A stretch of 64,000 nucleotides of DNA from the human T2T-CHM13v2.0 reference genome, Homo sapiens. Below the pieces are notes generated by a model. That model did not search any database, was not told the origin of the DNA, and saw only the letters and a list, made by a program, of their open reading frames with translations. Shown here one piece after another: positions 1-16,140 of this stretch; within the stretch, counting starts at the first letter, position 1, and the number at the start of each line of letters is the position of its first letter. The position numbers were made by a program, and so were the translations under genes. The stretch lies in assembly GCF_009914755.1 (NCBI RefSeq), contig NC_060929.1. The stretch is one strand, 5' to 3'.

Positions 1-588
1 TCATGCTTGGCACATAACAGGAATTCAGGAAGCATTTACTGGATGCATTTTTTAAAAAAAAATCAGACATGGACCTTGACTTACGTTCAGAGAAATAAAG
101 CAATAGCAGCATTCATTATAAGAGTCTGAGGTGCCTGGATAAAAAGTTCTGTTCATGGCCATCTTCCTGTCTATCCCTCACTGTAACCATGTCTCTTGTG
201 AAACATTGTTAAGAGTGGTGATTGGCTCAGATAAGACTGAAAAGCACTGTTATAAGGGGTACAAGGCAGATTAAATGGACTTTCGTGAGCCATGGAATCT
301 AGTCATTATTTATGTCATTTTTTTTTTCTCTGTGAAAGTGTGTTCCAAGTTAGAAACAATGTTATAGGAGGATATTTGGAATGGAGCAGTAGGTTTAAAT
401 GCCCCAAAAAATAGATACAGTGACATGAACAAAGTAGTAGATATTATGACATGGGATGCATCTTCAGACAGTATTACTAGTATTACTGATGACATATTAG
501 TAAAGCTAACTGAAGCTTAGCTCCATTTCATAACTCAAACATTGAATAGTAGATTATTTGATTGATTGATTGGTTGGTTGGTCCATTC

Positions 589-868
589 TTTTTTTTTTTT
601 TTGGTGAAGGAGTTTCACTCTGTTGCCCAGGCTGGAGTGGAGTGGCATAGCACGATCTCGGCTCACTGCAACCTCCGCCTCCTGCCTCAGCCTCCTGAGT
701 AGCTGGAACTACAGGTGCGTGCCAACACACCTGGCTAATTTTTATATTTTTAGTAGAGATGGGGTTTTACCATATTGGCCAGGATGGTCTCAATCTCTTG
801 ACCTTGTGATCCGTCACCTCGGCCTCCCAAAGTGCTGGGATTACAGGTGTGAGCCACCATGCCCGGCC
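589..868 (-). mobile_element. Alu (AluS-type) with a small internal deletion
   Basis: Alu consensus on the - strand; TSD GGTTGGTCCATTCTT on both sides. Confidence 0.92.
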
Positions 869-1639
869 AAGGTTGGTCCATTCTTTTAACAAACTTCTAA
901 TACCTTCAGCTTGCGAGGCTCTGTTTTAAGTGAGTTCTGTCAGAAATGAGGAGAGAAAGTATTATGAATACAGGTCTTATTTCACTAGACAGTTACTTTT
1001 GGCATTTATTCATTTAATTCGATAAGACCATATTTGTCAGTAGGGACCAGACCACATTAGGAACAATCTATAAACAATCCCCGCCATAAAGACCAGTTTG
1101 CAGTAAGATTGTTGGTAACTGGCTTAGTCAGTTTTGTTTCTTATGTTTTTTTTTTTCTTCTTGCTGGGGCATTGGAAATGTCAGAAAACCCAATTAAACT
1201 GGCTTAGAAATAATGGAAATTTTTTGGGCTCACATAATAAAAAATTTAAATAGTGGACCTAATCCAGTGGCTCACAGCATGTCCCCGGGGATCTGTCTGT
1301 TGTTTCTCTTCTGGTTGCCTCCCTTGGGGACGCAGGATAGCTGCTGGCTGCTCCCAGAGGTACGTCTTTTCTATTTGCTTTTTGTGGGAAGGTGATCTTT
1401 CAAAAAAGTGCTCTTTATGGTGGAGTTTATAGATTGTTGCTAACGTGGTCCGGTACTACTGACAGATAAACATGGTCTTACCCAATTAAATGAATACATA
1501 CCAAAAGTAACTGTCTAATGAAATAAGACCTGTATTCATACCACTTTCTCTCCTCGTTCCTGACAGAACTCTCTCAGAACAGCCTAGCAAGCAGAAGGCA
1601 GTAGAAGTTTGTTAAAAGAATGGACAATCCAGCCCACCA

Positions 1640-1940
1640 AATAATCTGATATTGAGTGTTTGAATTATGGAGGGAAGCTAAACTTCATCCCCTGTGAGGC
1701 ACCCATCCTGGGCTTCACTCACACTGGACTAGGGTGGGTCACGTGCCCACCTCTAAACCAGTTCCTGGAGTTGGGAGGGCGGAATTAGAGCTCAAGACTT
1801 CTTCCTCCCCTCTACAGCCACATTGCACTGGGCTCCTTGTGACACACGTGTGCTCCATGGGGGGTGTGTACCCAGGTAAACCTAGGGGCTCTTATTCAGG
1901 AGGGAAGGGGCACTGGGTGGTTAAAAACAGCGATTGTCAC
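1640..1940. mobile_element. Old MaLR (MLT1-like) LTR remnant
   Basis: Motifs such as ctggactagggtgggtcacgtgcccacctctaaacca resemble MLT1; boundaries approximate. Confidence 0.4.
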
Positions 1941-3907
1941 CATGGCAAAAACAAGATGTTTTTTATGAGGGAAATAAAAAATAAAGCAGTCCTTCCAAAC
2001 TTTCCAGAATATAGATATAATGGAAACTTTTGTATATGCAAATGATTACTTATATATGTAGAGATGCAATATATAAAATATAAACAATCATCTTTCGTCC
2101 ACATAAGATCGCCCTGATTTGTAGCATTTGCTAATTTCTGTGGTATAAATACTCCTACTGTGGCTGATGCCAGGCTTCCAGCATTATGTGACTGAGCACA
2201 GAGCTGTGCAGTGATGAGCAGCATCAGCAGGTGCAGCCAGCTCCGGGCACCACTGCACAGATCAGTGCACCTTCATATGCCCAAGGCTCGCAGCAGGGGC
2301 GGACCAATGCTGCATTTTATAGACAGAGTAAAGCCTGTCATGTAAGACTATTTATGTGAACCTTTCAGGACACTTGGGGTAAACACATTTATTTAGTAGC
2401 ATCTTGACTAATAACAATTTCCTTGATCTAAACCTCCCAACAGCTTTTTGGTTCTAAATTATTATTTATTATTTTTCTACCTAGATTTTTAGACATTAGC
2501 TCACCCATTTTTTATACGGCTTTCTGTATTAGATTAATTGGTTTTTGCATGTTTTCAAATGAAGAGTGCTTAACAGCAGGGTTACACTTAAAGTAGTTAT
2601 GTTAAGGTAATTCATAATAATGAAGACAGGCAAGTTGCTGTTTTCTGAGGTTCTCATTGAGGCTAATAGTCTTAAGCTACATCATGAGCCTTAAGAGCCA
2701 ATGTTTGCATATGGGATGTATACCACGAGCTTCTAGAAGCTGGAATGTGGTAATTTTGTTATAGAAGATTTTATTTGACTCGTTCCTCATTTTAAGATGA
2801 GTTGAGAAAAGCTGGGTACTCTCAAAGTTTTTTAAGAATTTATTTTTCTGCTTTATATGCTGCTATCTCCTAGTTGATAGCTTGAACGGTGGTTGATCTA
2901 AAGAATCACATTTTTTTTATTACTAATTTGGTTAAAACACTGATATTTGTGAAATGGCTATTTCTGTTTGTAAAGATAGACCAATTTCACAGAATTGAAG
3001 TTACTGGCTAATTGAGAGGCTCAAAATGGTCCATCTTCCTTGGTCCTGCAAGAGTAATAAAAAATCCCCACAAAATACTGTTCTGCCACCTTACTTTATT
3101 TACAAAATACATTATTGGGCATATTTCAAATCGAAGTCTCATTTCTGTGACACTGGGTTTTGATTTTCTTTCTCTGCCATTGTAAACTAGCTGGTCTGTG
3201 TTAGATAAGCTTTTACTGAAGTAATATTGTGTCTTCCCCTGTAGCATTCTCTTTCTTGAGTGACCTTAGGACAGGGTACAGAATAAAATTATATGCTCTG
3301 CAGCACTCTTGAGGACACACTCATTTACTTGCTGCCAGATCATCAGGTTAGCCTTGTGCTTAAGCAAAAACACTGCTGCATTTGTGCCAAGTCAGCATTT
3401 TCCACAGGAAAGTAATCTGTATTTGACCTTTTTAGTAGAAAATGGAAATAGTTGCTTTCTGTCATACCTTTAGTGAATGATAGGAGACCTATTTCTGTAC
3501 AGAATACATTGGAACCTCACTAGTACGTTATTGGTAAATAGTGTACAGTGTTCATCTGTCTTGATTTTGTTTCATTCAAGAGGTATCAGTTGCTGAAAGG
3601 AATGAAAGGAGCTTGTCCTTTCTTCTCACTTATCAGGTGGTCCTGTTGCTGGTAGTCCCTGAGATCACAGTTGGCTTCCAGCTTCATTTTATTCAGCATT
3701 TATTTAGCACCTTATCTTTGCCAGGAGCTAAGATCTTTAAGCTGAATTCATGTTGAGTTTTATAAAGAATTTAGTATGTCAAATAATTTGTAGAATTCTT
3801 AGTAACAGAATAGGATAAAAAGCAGTGGAAACTTCTCAGCAGATATTTCGAATTGGATAGTACTTCCTCCCCTGCAGGAAATATGGAAGGTATAAGAACT
3901 GCTACTA

Positions 3908-4607
<700 letters not shown>

Positions 4608-4702
4608 AAGAAATGCTGTCTCTTAAGCAAAGAAAAGGTCCCTCTCCCCCGCATTTGGTGATTTTAAGTGTGTTTTTTAACTTAAACTACTATTGTTTTT
4701 AG

Positions 4703-4864
<162 letters not shown>

Positions 4865-5919
4865 TGAAGACCAAGAGTGTGTTGGGTTTTTCCCCTATCA
4901 GTTGATGAACCAGCGCAGTTATCTACCAAGTGGGGTTTGTACTCCCCAAAGGGATATTCAAGGTGATACTTTAGGGTACTGGAAGAATATGTTGGCACTT
5001 TTATTTTTATTTTTTCTCATTGTACCAAGTTTCAGTTTTGTCCTTTGTTTTCTAATGTGCATTATGTGTTACAGTAAAACATGTCTATGGATTGGATGTT
5101 TACTCCAAACTTGTTTACTCTGTAGGGTCCTATGATTAAAAGGTTTAGATCACTAATTTAGAGCAAGAATCTGCATATAAACTTTAAAAAAACAAAGTAA
5201 TATTCAACTTCAGTGTGAAACAAAATTCTTGCTGTATTAAGTTCCTAATCATTATCTAATTGAAGATAGATTTTGGCTGATGGTTGGGCTTTTGAGAGCC
5301 CTTGAAATAAAGAAACTCCAAATTTGGTTTTAATTATAATTAAATTGGAATTATTAATAACTAATGAGCCTTCAGTTTATATTCTCAAGCTGTTTGAGTC
5401 CGATCATTAATCAAAGTGTCTACCCTTATCCTGATAAGACTTTGTTTCCATGGCTCCAGATTTTTAGTCTTAAGTCTGCTTTGCTTCATTAGCCCTAGTC
5501 CTGGTCTAAATAAACACTGTCTCATATATTTAACCCCCAGGGTTGAGAACCACTTGAGGTGGGTTGCATGAAGTAGCATGAATTTTTTACCTGGATGCCT
5601 TCTCATACATTTTGGAGGAATATTTTAAAACACATATGTTACACTTAACTTACAAGAAACAAGCACAAGTTCCATTTTCTGTGCTTCAATGGGAACCATC
5701 GTAATTACTAGAAGTAAAATAATTATGTAAGAGATAACTCAAGGCACCAGACAAGAGGGTCAGCATGAGTTATATAGCATGTCAGATGCTAGAGGAGGTA
5801 CTCCAGGCCAGCAGAGTAGTTGAGAAGAACTCTGTGAGGTGATGCTTGTCCACTAATTTGAAGGATGGGTGATTATTTGGTTATTGGAGAGAAGGCAGAT
5901 GATGGTGCTCTGAGGATGT

Positions 5920-6590
<671 letters not shown>

Positions 6591-6608
6591 AGGATGTGTA
6601 AAGAATGT

Positions 6609-6939
<331 letters not shown>

Positions 6940-7785
6940 TCATGTGAGAGTTAAATGAAGTTGAAAGATTGGAATTAAACTGACATAGTCTGGAATGCTT
7001 AGGGATGTAGCTTCTGTACAATTTGGAACAAAGGAGAAGTTAAGACTGCATTTTAAAATATCACTGGCCAAGCTGAATCAGAGGGACTAACTCTAGAGAG
7101 GAGATTCCAGAGGCAGTGAGGGAATATATAATGGAAATTTATTAAGGCTTAGTGACTAAACTTGAGGGTGAGAGAAGAAAAAAAATAAAGATGTATGAGG
7201 TTTTTAGCTTTTGTGATCACAGAAAATAATGATACCAAGGTTCATAAGAGGGAAGATGGAAGGGCAGAACAGGCGTTTGAACTTCATATTTGAGGATGAA
7301 TCCAATCGCCTTTTGAATTGATTAGAAATATTTTGGTGACCTTCAAAAAACCAGTTTTAGTTCAATCAGTGGTGAGTCACAAGTCATATTGTGAGGTTAT
7401 ATGAAATTAATGAGTGATAAAGAAATGGGTAGAGGAGCCATGTTGACTTCACCTTGGAGGACAAATCCACTGCAGATGGCTTGGGATGTGTAAGTTCAGG
7501 ATCTAGCAAGCTGTAGTCTCCGATGTGGTTGTTAAAAGCTGATCCACTGATCTCCTATTTCCTAAGTTATCAAAAGAGGTTATTGAACAATGGTTTTCAA
7601 ATTGAGCTGCACATTAGAATTACTTTAAAATTATATATAGATAGCTACCCTTTCCCAGTAAAATGAGAAATTCTTATTTGATTGATCAAGGGACCTAGAT
7701 CAGAATTTGTTTTAAACTCCTCAGGATCTGAATGTGTAGCCAGAGTTGACAATTACTGTTCTGGAATTTGTTGGGGGGTATTCTA

Positions 7786-8152
<367 letters not shown>

Positions 8153-8230
8153 TTAAAAGTTTTTGTCTTATTTTAGAATACTGTGATCTATTTCTTTAGT
8201 ATTAATTTTTCCTTCTGTTTTCCTCATCAG

Positions 8231-8272
8231 GGAACCCCAAGAGCATCCAATAGAAGCTGTGCAATTATGTAA
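8231..8272 (+). CDS. LMNB1: Lamin B1 last coding exon, GTPRASNRSCAIM* (CAAX farnesylation box CAIM)
   Basis: Acceptor ttttcctcatcag ends at 8230; in frame with the previous exon; TAA at 8270-8272. Confidence 0.97.
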   Translation, partial: GTPRASNRSCAIM

Positions 8273-9030
8273 AATTTTCAACTGTCTTCCTCAAAATAAA
8301 GAAGTATGGTAATCCTTACCTGTATACAGTGCAGAGCCTTCTCAGAAGCACAGAATATTTTTATATTTCCTTTATGTGAATTTTTAAGCTGCAAATCTGA
8401 TGGCCTTAATTTCCTTTTTGACACTGAAAGTTTTGTAAAAGAAATCATGTCCATACACTTTGTTGCAAGATGTGAATTATTGACACTGAACTTAATAACT
8501 GTGTACTGTTTGGAAGGGGTTCCTCAAATTTTTTGACTTTTTTTGTATGTGTGTTTTTTCTTTTTTTTTAAGTTCTTATGAGGAGGGGAGGGTAAATAAA
8601 CCACTGTGCGTCTTGGTGTAATTTGAAGATTGCCCCATCTAGACTAGCAATCTCTTCATTATTCTCTGCTATATATAAAACGGTGCTGTGAGGGAGGGGA
8701 AAAGCATTTTTCAATATATTGAACTTTTGTACTGAATTTTTTTGTAATAAGCAATCAAGGTTATAATTTTTTTTAAAATAGAAATTTTGTAAGAAGGCAA
8801 TATTAACCTAATCACCATGTAAGCACTCTGGATGATGGATTCCACAAAACTTGGTTTTATGGTTACTTCTTCTCTTAGATTCTTAATTCATGAGGAGGGT
8901 GGGGGAGGGAGGTGGAGGGAGGGAAGGGTTTCTCTATTAAAATGCATTCGTTGTGTTTTTTAAGATAGTGTAACTTGCTTAAATTTCTTATGTGACATTA
9001 ACAAATAAAAAAGCTCTTTTAATATTGATA
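8273..9030 (+). other. LMNB1: LMNB1 3' UTR (end approximate)
   Basis: AU-rich, repeat-free segment after the stop, with AATAAA at 9004-9009 followed by T-rich downstream sequence. Confidence 0.85.
9004..9009 (+). terminator. LMNB1: LMNB1 main polyadenylation signal AATAAA
   Basis: Canonical hexamer at the end of the UTR with T/GT-rich downstream elements. Confidence 0.8.
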
Positions 9031-9360
9031 TACTGTCCTTTTTAACGCTTTAAAAACAGATTTTGAGGGGAGAAAAGTATTGTTTCAGTTTTGCTTTTGA
9101 TAAAAATATAATTTGACTTCTTTGAACTGGATTTTTCTTTAAGGCTTTGCCAGTGGAAGATAAGCTATTTTGGGGGTCTTTCAGTATTTAATTGTCATTA
9201 ATAACAACAATAATAAAAGCAATAATAATAACTAATGTTTTTGAGCCAGATATCATGCTCAATGCTTCATTACATTTTTTAGCTTATTAACAATAAGGCC
9301 TTTTAAAATTTCTTCAGGAAAACCAAATAGGAACAGTAGAAAACATTGAGGAAGACATTC

Positions 9361-9361
<1 letters not shown>

Positions 9362-9393
<32 letters not shown>

Positions 9394-9570
9394 CAGAATC
9401 TCACTCTGTTGCCCAGGCTGTAGTGCAATGGCACGGTCTTAGCTCACTGCAGCCTTGACCTCTCCTGGGCTCTGCCTCCCAAGTAGCTGGGACTACAGGC
9501 ACACACCACCATGTCCGGCTAATGTTTTTGTATTCGTAGAGAGCATTTTGTCATGTTTCCCATGCTGGAC
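9362..9570 (-). mobile_element. Degenerate Alu (AluJ-like)
   Basis: T-tail followed by Alu right-arm consensus. Confidence 0.8.
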
Positions 9571-10626
9571 ATTCCTAGTAAAAGAAAAAATGGGAAGAAT
9601 ATTTTAGAATGTAATTCTACTGTCTTTTAAAATAGGAAGGGCCGAGAAATTGATTAAAAGCCACCTTTTAGAAAAATAACATGAATGCTATGAAATACGA
9701 ATGTGCTGTGTGTGGGGTAGCTTTATTATGTATGGTGCTAATTATGGTGTCAATTCGTGTGGATTTGGGGAGGTTTTGTCTTGATTGCTTTAGTTAAGTG
9801 AGTTCATCTTATAGGAAGTGCAATATCTGAACTCTTCCTAGAATGGACAGATAATATTTCAGAAGCTAACCCTAGTCAGTGTTTGTTTTTCTCTTAAAAT
9901 ATTCCTGCAGTAAGCTGCACAAAGACTACCAGCTTTCACTTGAAAATAACTCACAAAGCCCCAGAATTACTGTGTTCCACAGATTTACTGCATACTTTGG
10001 TGCCGTCGCAGACACAAGATAAATGCTGGGTTAGAAATTCTGTCTGGTAAAGCAGATAAAATGATAACTTCTCAACGCAGATTTATCTTCAGAGTGGGAA
10101 TGGCATTACAGTACACAGCCAAACTCAGCTGTGAAACATTTTGCCACAAGATGGGGTTCTTGTCATCAAAATACATTCTAGGTGCTTTTATTGCTGGATA
10201 AATTAGGTTATAAAAGCCAACACTTGAATTAATTTGGGCATTAAGAAAAATTGGCAGTTGTAACATAGTAGAATAGTGTGTATGCTGGGGAAATTGAGAG
10301 TACAAATGCAGGGCTCAACATAAACAGTTTGTTGCCCCTGGATGTGTGGCAGTAGTAGATTCCTGAGTCTGTTTAGACTGACAAACTTTGGACTAAATTG
10401 AGGTTTTCTGAAATTGAGCTGCACCTAAACCCATTCCCGCAGAATGTGAGTGAGCTAGAGGGCACGCTGCCATCCTGTGTATTAAAATCAGCATCTCCGC
10501 ATGAAATTGATGTTAGGCATACAGCATATATATACATTTTTGGATTATTTATTTGATAACAAGCATGATTCACATTTTCCCCTTGTTTTGTCTTCAGTGT
10601 TTGTTTTCACCTCTGTTTAGGTATGG

Positions 10627-10810
<184 letters not shown>

Positions 10811-11345
10811 GATATGGATTTATTTTTATTCCTCTTGTTCAGGTCTTATCTCTGTGTTCTTCATTAAGAAAATTTTGGATGTTCTTATTTTGTTGAGTAT
10901 TATCTCATCCCCACTGTCTGTTCTTTCCTTCTGGGGTTTCTTTTATACCTGTGTTGAACCTGTCCTGTTTCATGTATTTTAGGTTTCTCCACACTATATT
11001 CTCAGTTAACTCCTTCGTATTTATCTCACTGATTCTGTTCTCAGCCCTGTCTTATCTGTTTATTCCAGCCATTGAACTTTTTAGGCTTCATTTTTTTGTT
11101 TCTGAAGTTGTCTTTGATTCTTTCTCAAATTTATCTTTTTCATAATTTTTTATTATAGTTTTTATTCTTTTTATGAATCATTTTAACCATATTTTATAGT
11201 CTCAATTCTATTTTTTTGAGTTTTGGAGAATGCTAATTTTTCTGTTAGCTGTGTCTGTTGACTTTCCTAATGGTAGTTGGCTTTCTCATGGAGTTTTTAG
11301 GATTGTGAACACATCTCCAGCAAGGGCTATGTTGTGAGTGATCCG

Positions 11346-11789
11346 TTTCATGCGTGTCTGTGTGAAGAGACCACCAAACAGGATTTGTGTGAGCAACACG
11401 GCTGTTTATTTCACCTGGGTGCAGGCGGGCTGAGTCCGAAAAGAGAGTCAGCGAAGGGAGATAAGGGAGGGGCCGTTTTATAGGATTTGGGTAGGTAAAG
11501 GAAAATTACAGTCAAAGGGGGTTTGTTCTCTGGCGGGCAGGAGTAGGGGGTCACAAGGTGCTCAGTGGGGGTGCTTTTTGAGCTAGGAAAAGGACTTTCA
11601 CAAGGTAATCTCATCACTTAAGGCAAGGGCCGGCCATTTACACTTCTTTTGTGGTGGAATGTCATCAGTTAAGGTGGGGCAGGGCATATTCACTTCTTTT
11701 GTGATTCTTTAGTTACTTCAGGCCATCTGGGTGTATAGGTGCAGATCACAGGGGATGCGATGGCTTGGCTTGGGCTCAGAGGCCTGACA
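11346..11789 (-). mobile_element. HERV-H 3' LTR (LTR7)
   Basis: On - it starts TGTCAGGCCTCTGAGCCCAAGC and ends CATGAAA; preceded by polypurine tract AGAAGGCAGGAA (11790-11801); AATAAA at 11405-11410 (-). Confidence 0.96.
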
Positions 11790-12399
11790 TTCCTGCCTTC
11801 TTATATTAATAAGAAAAATAAAACAAAATAGTGTTGAAGTGTTGGGGCGGCAAAAATTTTTGGGGGTGGTATGGAGAGAGAGAATGGGCGATGTTTCTCA
11901 GGGCTGCTTCAAGCGGGATTAGGGGTGGCGTGGGAACCTAGAGTGGGAGAGATTAAGCTGGAGGGAGGTCGTGTGGTAAGGGGTGATATTGTGGGGGTGT
12001 TAGAAGAAACACTTGTCGCATAGAATGATTGGTGATGGCCTGGATACGGTTTTGGGTGAATTGAGAAACCAAATGGAATAACAGAAGGAGAAAAACAGGT
12101 ATAAAAGGTCTAAGAATTGGGATGACTCAGGATATCTGATTAGAGAGTGCTTAAGGAGATTCAGCATAGTCCTGCCAGCAAAGATTATTTATTTACTTCA
12201 AGAGTTAAGAGTGGCAGTTTGGGGATAGCACCAGGAGATATCAGCTGTGATGGCTTGGAGAAACAGTGTAAACCGGCAGTGTAAACAAGAGCAGGGCATG
12301 TATGAGTAGTTGAGAACGGTGAATAGGAGTATGACTAGACAGAAGATAGTAGGGATGACAAGTTTTTTGGGGGCACAGTCTAAGTTGGTCTGGTGTCTG

Positions 12400-14780
12400 G
12401 AATGATACTGGGGCCTAATAAAAAGGAGCGTCTATATAGGAGCTTAAATGGGCTGTACCCTGTAGCAGTCCGAGGACAGGCCTGAATTCTGAGAAGGGAA
12501 AGTGGTAAAAGTATTGTCCAGTCCTTTTTAAGTTGGTGGCTGAGCTTGGTGAGGTGTGTTTTTTTAAAAGACCTTTAGTCCTACTTTTCTTGAAGACGGA
12601 GGACCGTAAGGGATATAAAGGTTTCACTGAATACTAAGAGCCTGAAAAACTGCTTGGCTGATTTGACTAATAAAGGCTCGTCTGTTATCAGACTGTATTG
12701 AGGTGGGAGGCTAAACTGAGGAATTATGTCTGACAGAAGGGAAGAAATGCCTGCAGTGGCCTTCTCAGACCCTGTAGGAAAGGCCTCTACCTATCCACTG
12801 AAAGTATCTACCTAGACTAAGAGGTGTTTTAGTTATCTGACTCGGGGCATGTTGAGTAAAGCTAATTTGCCAGTCCTGGGTGGGGCAAATCCTCGAGCCT
12901 GATGTGTAGGGAAGGGAGGGGTCCTGAATAATCCCTGAGAAGTAGTAGAATAGCAGATGGAACACTGAGAAGTTATTTCCTTGAGGATAGATTTCCACAA
13001 TGGAAAGGAAATGAGAGGTTCTAAGAGGCGGGCTAGTGGCTTATACTATAGCATAACCTGCCTTTGCTGGTGTGTGGCGATTAGGCCTGGTGGACCCACC
13101 ATCAATAAATCAAGCGTGATCAGGGTGAGGAACAGAAAAGAAGGAAATTTGGGGAACTGGGGTGAATGTCAGGTGGATCAGAGAGATACAGTCATGGGGG
13201 TCAGGTGTGGTATCAGGAATAATGTGGGAGGCCAGATTGAAGTCTGGGTCAGGAACAACGGTAATTGTGGGAGACTCAACAAAGAGTGAGTACAGCTGAA
13301 GGAGCCGGGAAGCAGAAAGTATATGCGTCAGGTATGAGGAAGAAAATAGATTTTGGAAGTTATGAGAACTGTAGAGAGTGAGTTGAGCATAGTTTGTGAT
13401 TTTGAGGGCCTCAAAGTATTAGGGCAGCAGCAGCGGCTGCACGGAGACATGATGGCCAGCCTAAAACAGTAAGGTCAAGTTGTTTGGACAAAAAGCCTAC
13501 AGGACGCAATCCTGGTCCTTATGTAAGAATTCCGACCACACAGCCCTGCACTTCGGCTGTGTGTAATGAAAAGGGTTGGGATGAGTCAGGGAGAGCTAGA
13601 GTGGGGGCAGTTTCTAAAGCTGTCTTCAAGGAATGGAAAGAGGAGTGGGGAAAGGATTTAGGATCTATGGGGTCAGCTAGGTTTCCTTTTGTGAGTTTAT
13701 ATAATGGTTTTGTTAGGATGGCAAAACCAGGTATCCAAAGGCGAAAGTATCCAACCATGCCCAGGAAGGAAAGGAGTTGTTGTTTTGTAGAAGCGGTTGG
13801 GGTTTGAGAGATCAGTCGGACACGATTGGCAGGGAGAGCACGTGTGTTTTTATGAGAATTATGCCGAGATAGGTAACAGATGAGGAAGAAACTTGGGCTT
13901 GATGGAAGTAATGGGGGCTGTCTGTGAAGCTTTGCTGCAGTACAGCCTAGGTAATTTGCTGAGCTTGATGGGTGTCAGGGTCAGTCCAAGTGAAAGCGAA
14001 GAGAGGCTGGGATTAAGGGTGCAAAGGAATAGTAAAGAAAGCATGTTTGAGATCCAGAACAGAATAATGGGTTGTAGAGGCAGGTATTGAGGATAGGAGA
14101 GTTATATGGGTTTGGCACCACGGGGTGGATAGGCAAAACAATTTGGTTGATAAGGCGCAGATCCTGAACTAACTTGTAAGGCTTGTCTGGTTTTAGGACA
14201 GGTAAAATGGGGGAATTGTAAGGAGAGTTTATAAGCTTTAAAAGGCCATGCTGTAGCAGGCAAGTGATAACAGGCTTTAATCTTTTTAAAGCATGCTGCG
14301 GGATGGGATATTGGTGTTGAGTGGAGTAAGGGTGATTAGGTTTTAATGAGATGGTAAGGGGTGCATGATCGGTCGCCAAGGAGGGAGTAGAGGTGTCTTA
14401 TACTTGTGGGTTAAGGTGGGGGGGGATACAAGATGAGGACGCAAAGGAGGCTTTGGATTGGGAAGAAGGTCAGCAATGAGATACAGCTGTAGTCCAGGAA
14501 TAGTCAGGGAAGCAGATAATTTAGTTAAAGTGTCTCAGCCTAATAAGGGAACTGGGCAGGTGGGGATAACTAAAAAGGAGTGCTTAAAAGAGTATTGTCT
14601 AAGTTGGCACCAGAGTTGGGGAGTTTTAAGAGGTTTAGAAGCCTGGCCGTCAATACTCACAACAGTTATGGAGGCAAGGGAAACAGGCCCTTGGAAAGAA
14701 GGTAATGTGGAGTGGGTAGCCTCCGTATTGATTAAGAAGGGGACGGGCTTACCTTCCACTGTGAGAGTTACCCGAAGCTC
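12400..14780 (-). pseudogene. HERV-H pro/pol remnant (disrupted)
   Basis: Protease FLINTEAT (catalytic DTG lost), RT SPYNSPILPV...LVQDLRLIN and GYFRLWIPGFA, integrase-like DWQISFT; frameshifts and stops. Confidence 0.9.
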
Positions 14781-14939
14781 GGCATCCGTGATGGTCTAGG
14801 GGGCTTCCGAGGCAATCAGGCAGTGTGAGTCTTCAGCCGCTAAGCCGAGAAGATCTGGGAAGGAGTCAGTCAGAGAGCCTTGGGCCAGAGTTCCAGGGGC
14901 TCTGGGAGTGGCTGCCAGGTGAGTTGAACAGTCCGATTT

Positions 14940-15900
14940 TCAGTGGGGTCCCACACAGACGGGACGCGGCTTAGGAGGAATCCCGGGCTGCGGGCATTCC
15001 TTGGCCCAGTGGCCAGATTTCCAGCAAGTGTAGCAAGCTCCTGTGGGAGGAGGTTCTGGAGGAACGCCTGGCCGCTGCAGTTCAGGCATTTGGAAGTTCT
15101 TATGTGCTGGAGATGTGGCTGGGGTTTGTCTCACAGTGGAGGCAAGGAATTGCAACTTTTTTCTATTATGGTACACCTTGAAGGCGAGGTTAATTAAATC
15201 CTGTTGTGGGGTTTGAGAGCCGGAATTTAATTTTTGGAGTTTTATTTAATGTCGGGAGCAGATTGGGCAATAAAATGTATTTTGAGAATAAGACGGCCTT
15301 TTGACCTTTTAGGGTCTAGGGCTGTAAAGTGTCTCAGGGTTGCTGCCAAACAAGTCATGAACTGGGCTGGATTTTTATATTCGATGAAAAAGAGCCTAAA
15401 CGCTATCCGATTTGGGATAAAGAAAAAGGAGCATTAACCTTGACTGTGCTTTTAGCTCCAGCCACCTTTTTAAGAGTAAATTGCTGGGCAGGAGGGGGAG
15501 GGCTAGTCACGGAACGAAACTGAAAGCCGGACCAGGTGTGAGGAGGGGAGGTGATAAAAAGATTATAGGGTGGAGGAGCGGAGGCTGAGGAAGAATTGGC
15601 ACCTAGCTCGGCCTGGCGAGGAGCAAGCAGGCTGGGGAGGAAGGGGGAGGTCAGATGGGTCTGTAGAAAAGGAAGATTAGAAAGACTCAGCGACACTTGG
15701 GGTTGGTACTGAGGGGACAGGCGGGAGGGAAAGAAGGAAGATTTGGCACGAGTTGCACTGGGCACAGAGACTAGGAAGGGACTGATGTGTAAAAGAATGC
15801 CTGGACGTCAGGCACCTCAGACCGTTTGCCTATTTTACGACAAGAATTATTTAGATTTTGCAGGATGGAAAAATTCAAAGTGCCATTTTCTGGCTATTTG
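14940..15900 (-). pseudogene. HERV-H gag remnant
   Basis: PPPY late domain and CYTCWKSGHWAKEC zinc knuckle in broken ORFs 15403-15765 and 14940-15176. Confidence 0.88.
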
Positions 15901-16140
15901 GAATTACTGTCGAGTTTGTACTGGGGTCAAGCGGCATTGCAGAAAATAAGGCATTTAGGTTTTAGGTCAGGTGTGAGTTGAAGAGGTTTTAAGTTTTTGA
16001 GAACACAGGCCAAGGGAGTAGAAGGAGGAATGGAGGGTGGAAAGTTGCCCATAGTGAAGGAAGCAAGCCTAGAGAAAAGAGAGTAGAGAAACAGAGGGAA
16101 GGGGTTCGGGGGTTCTTACCTTCCAGAAAAGTGGGAAAAG

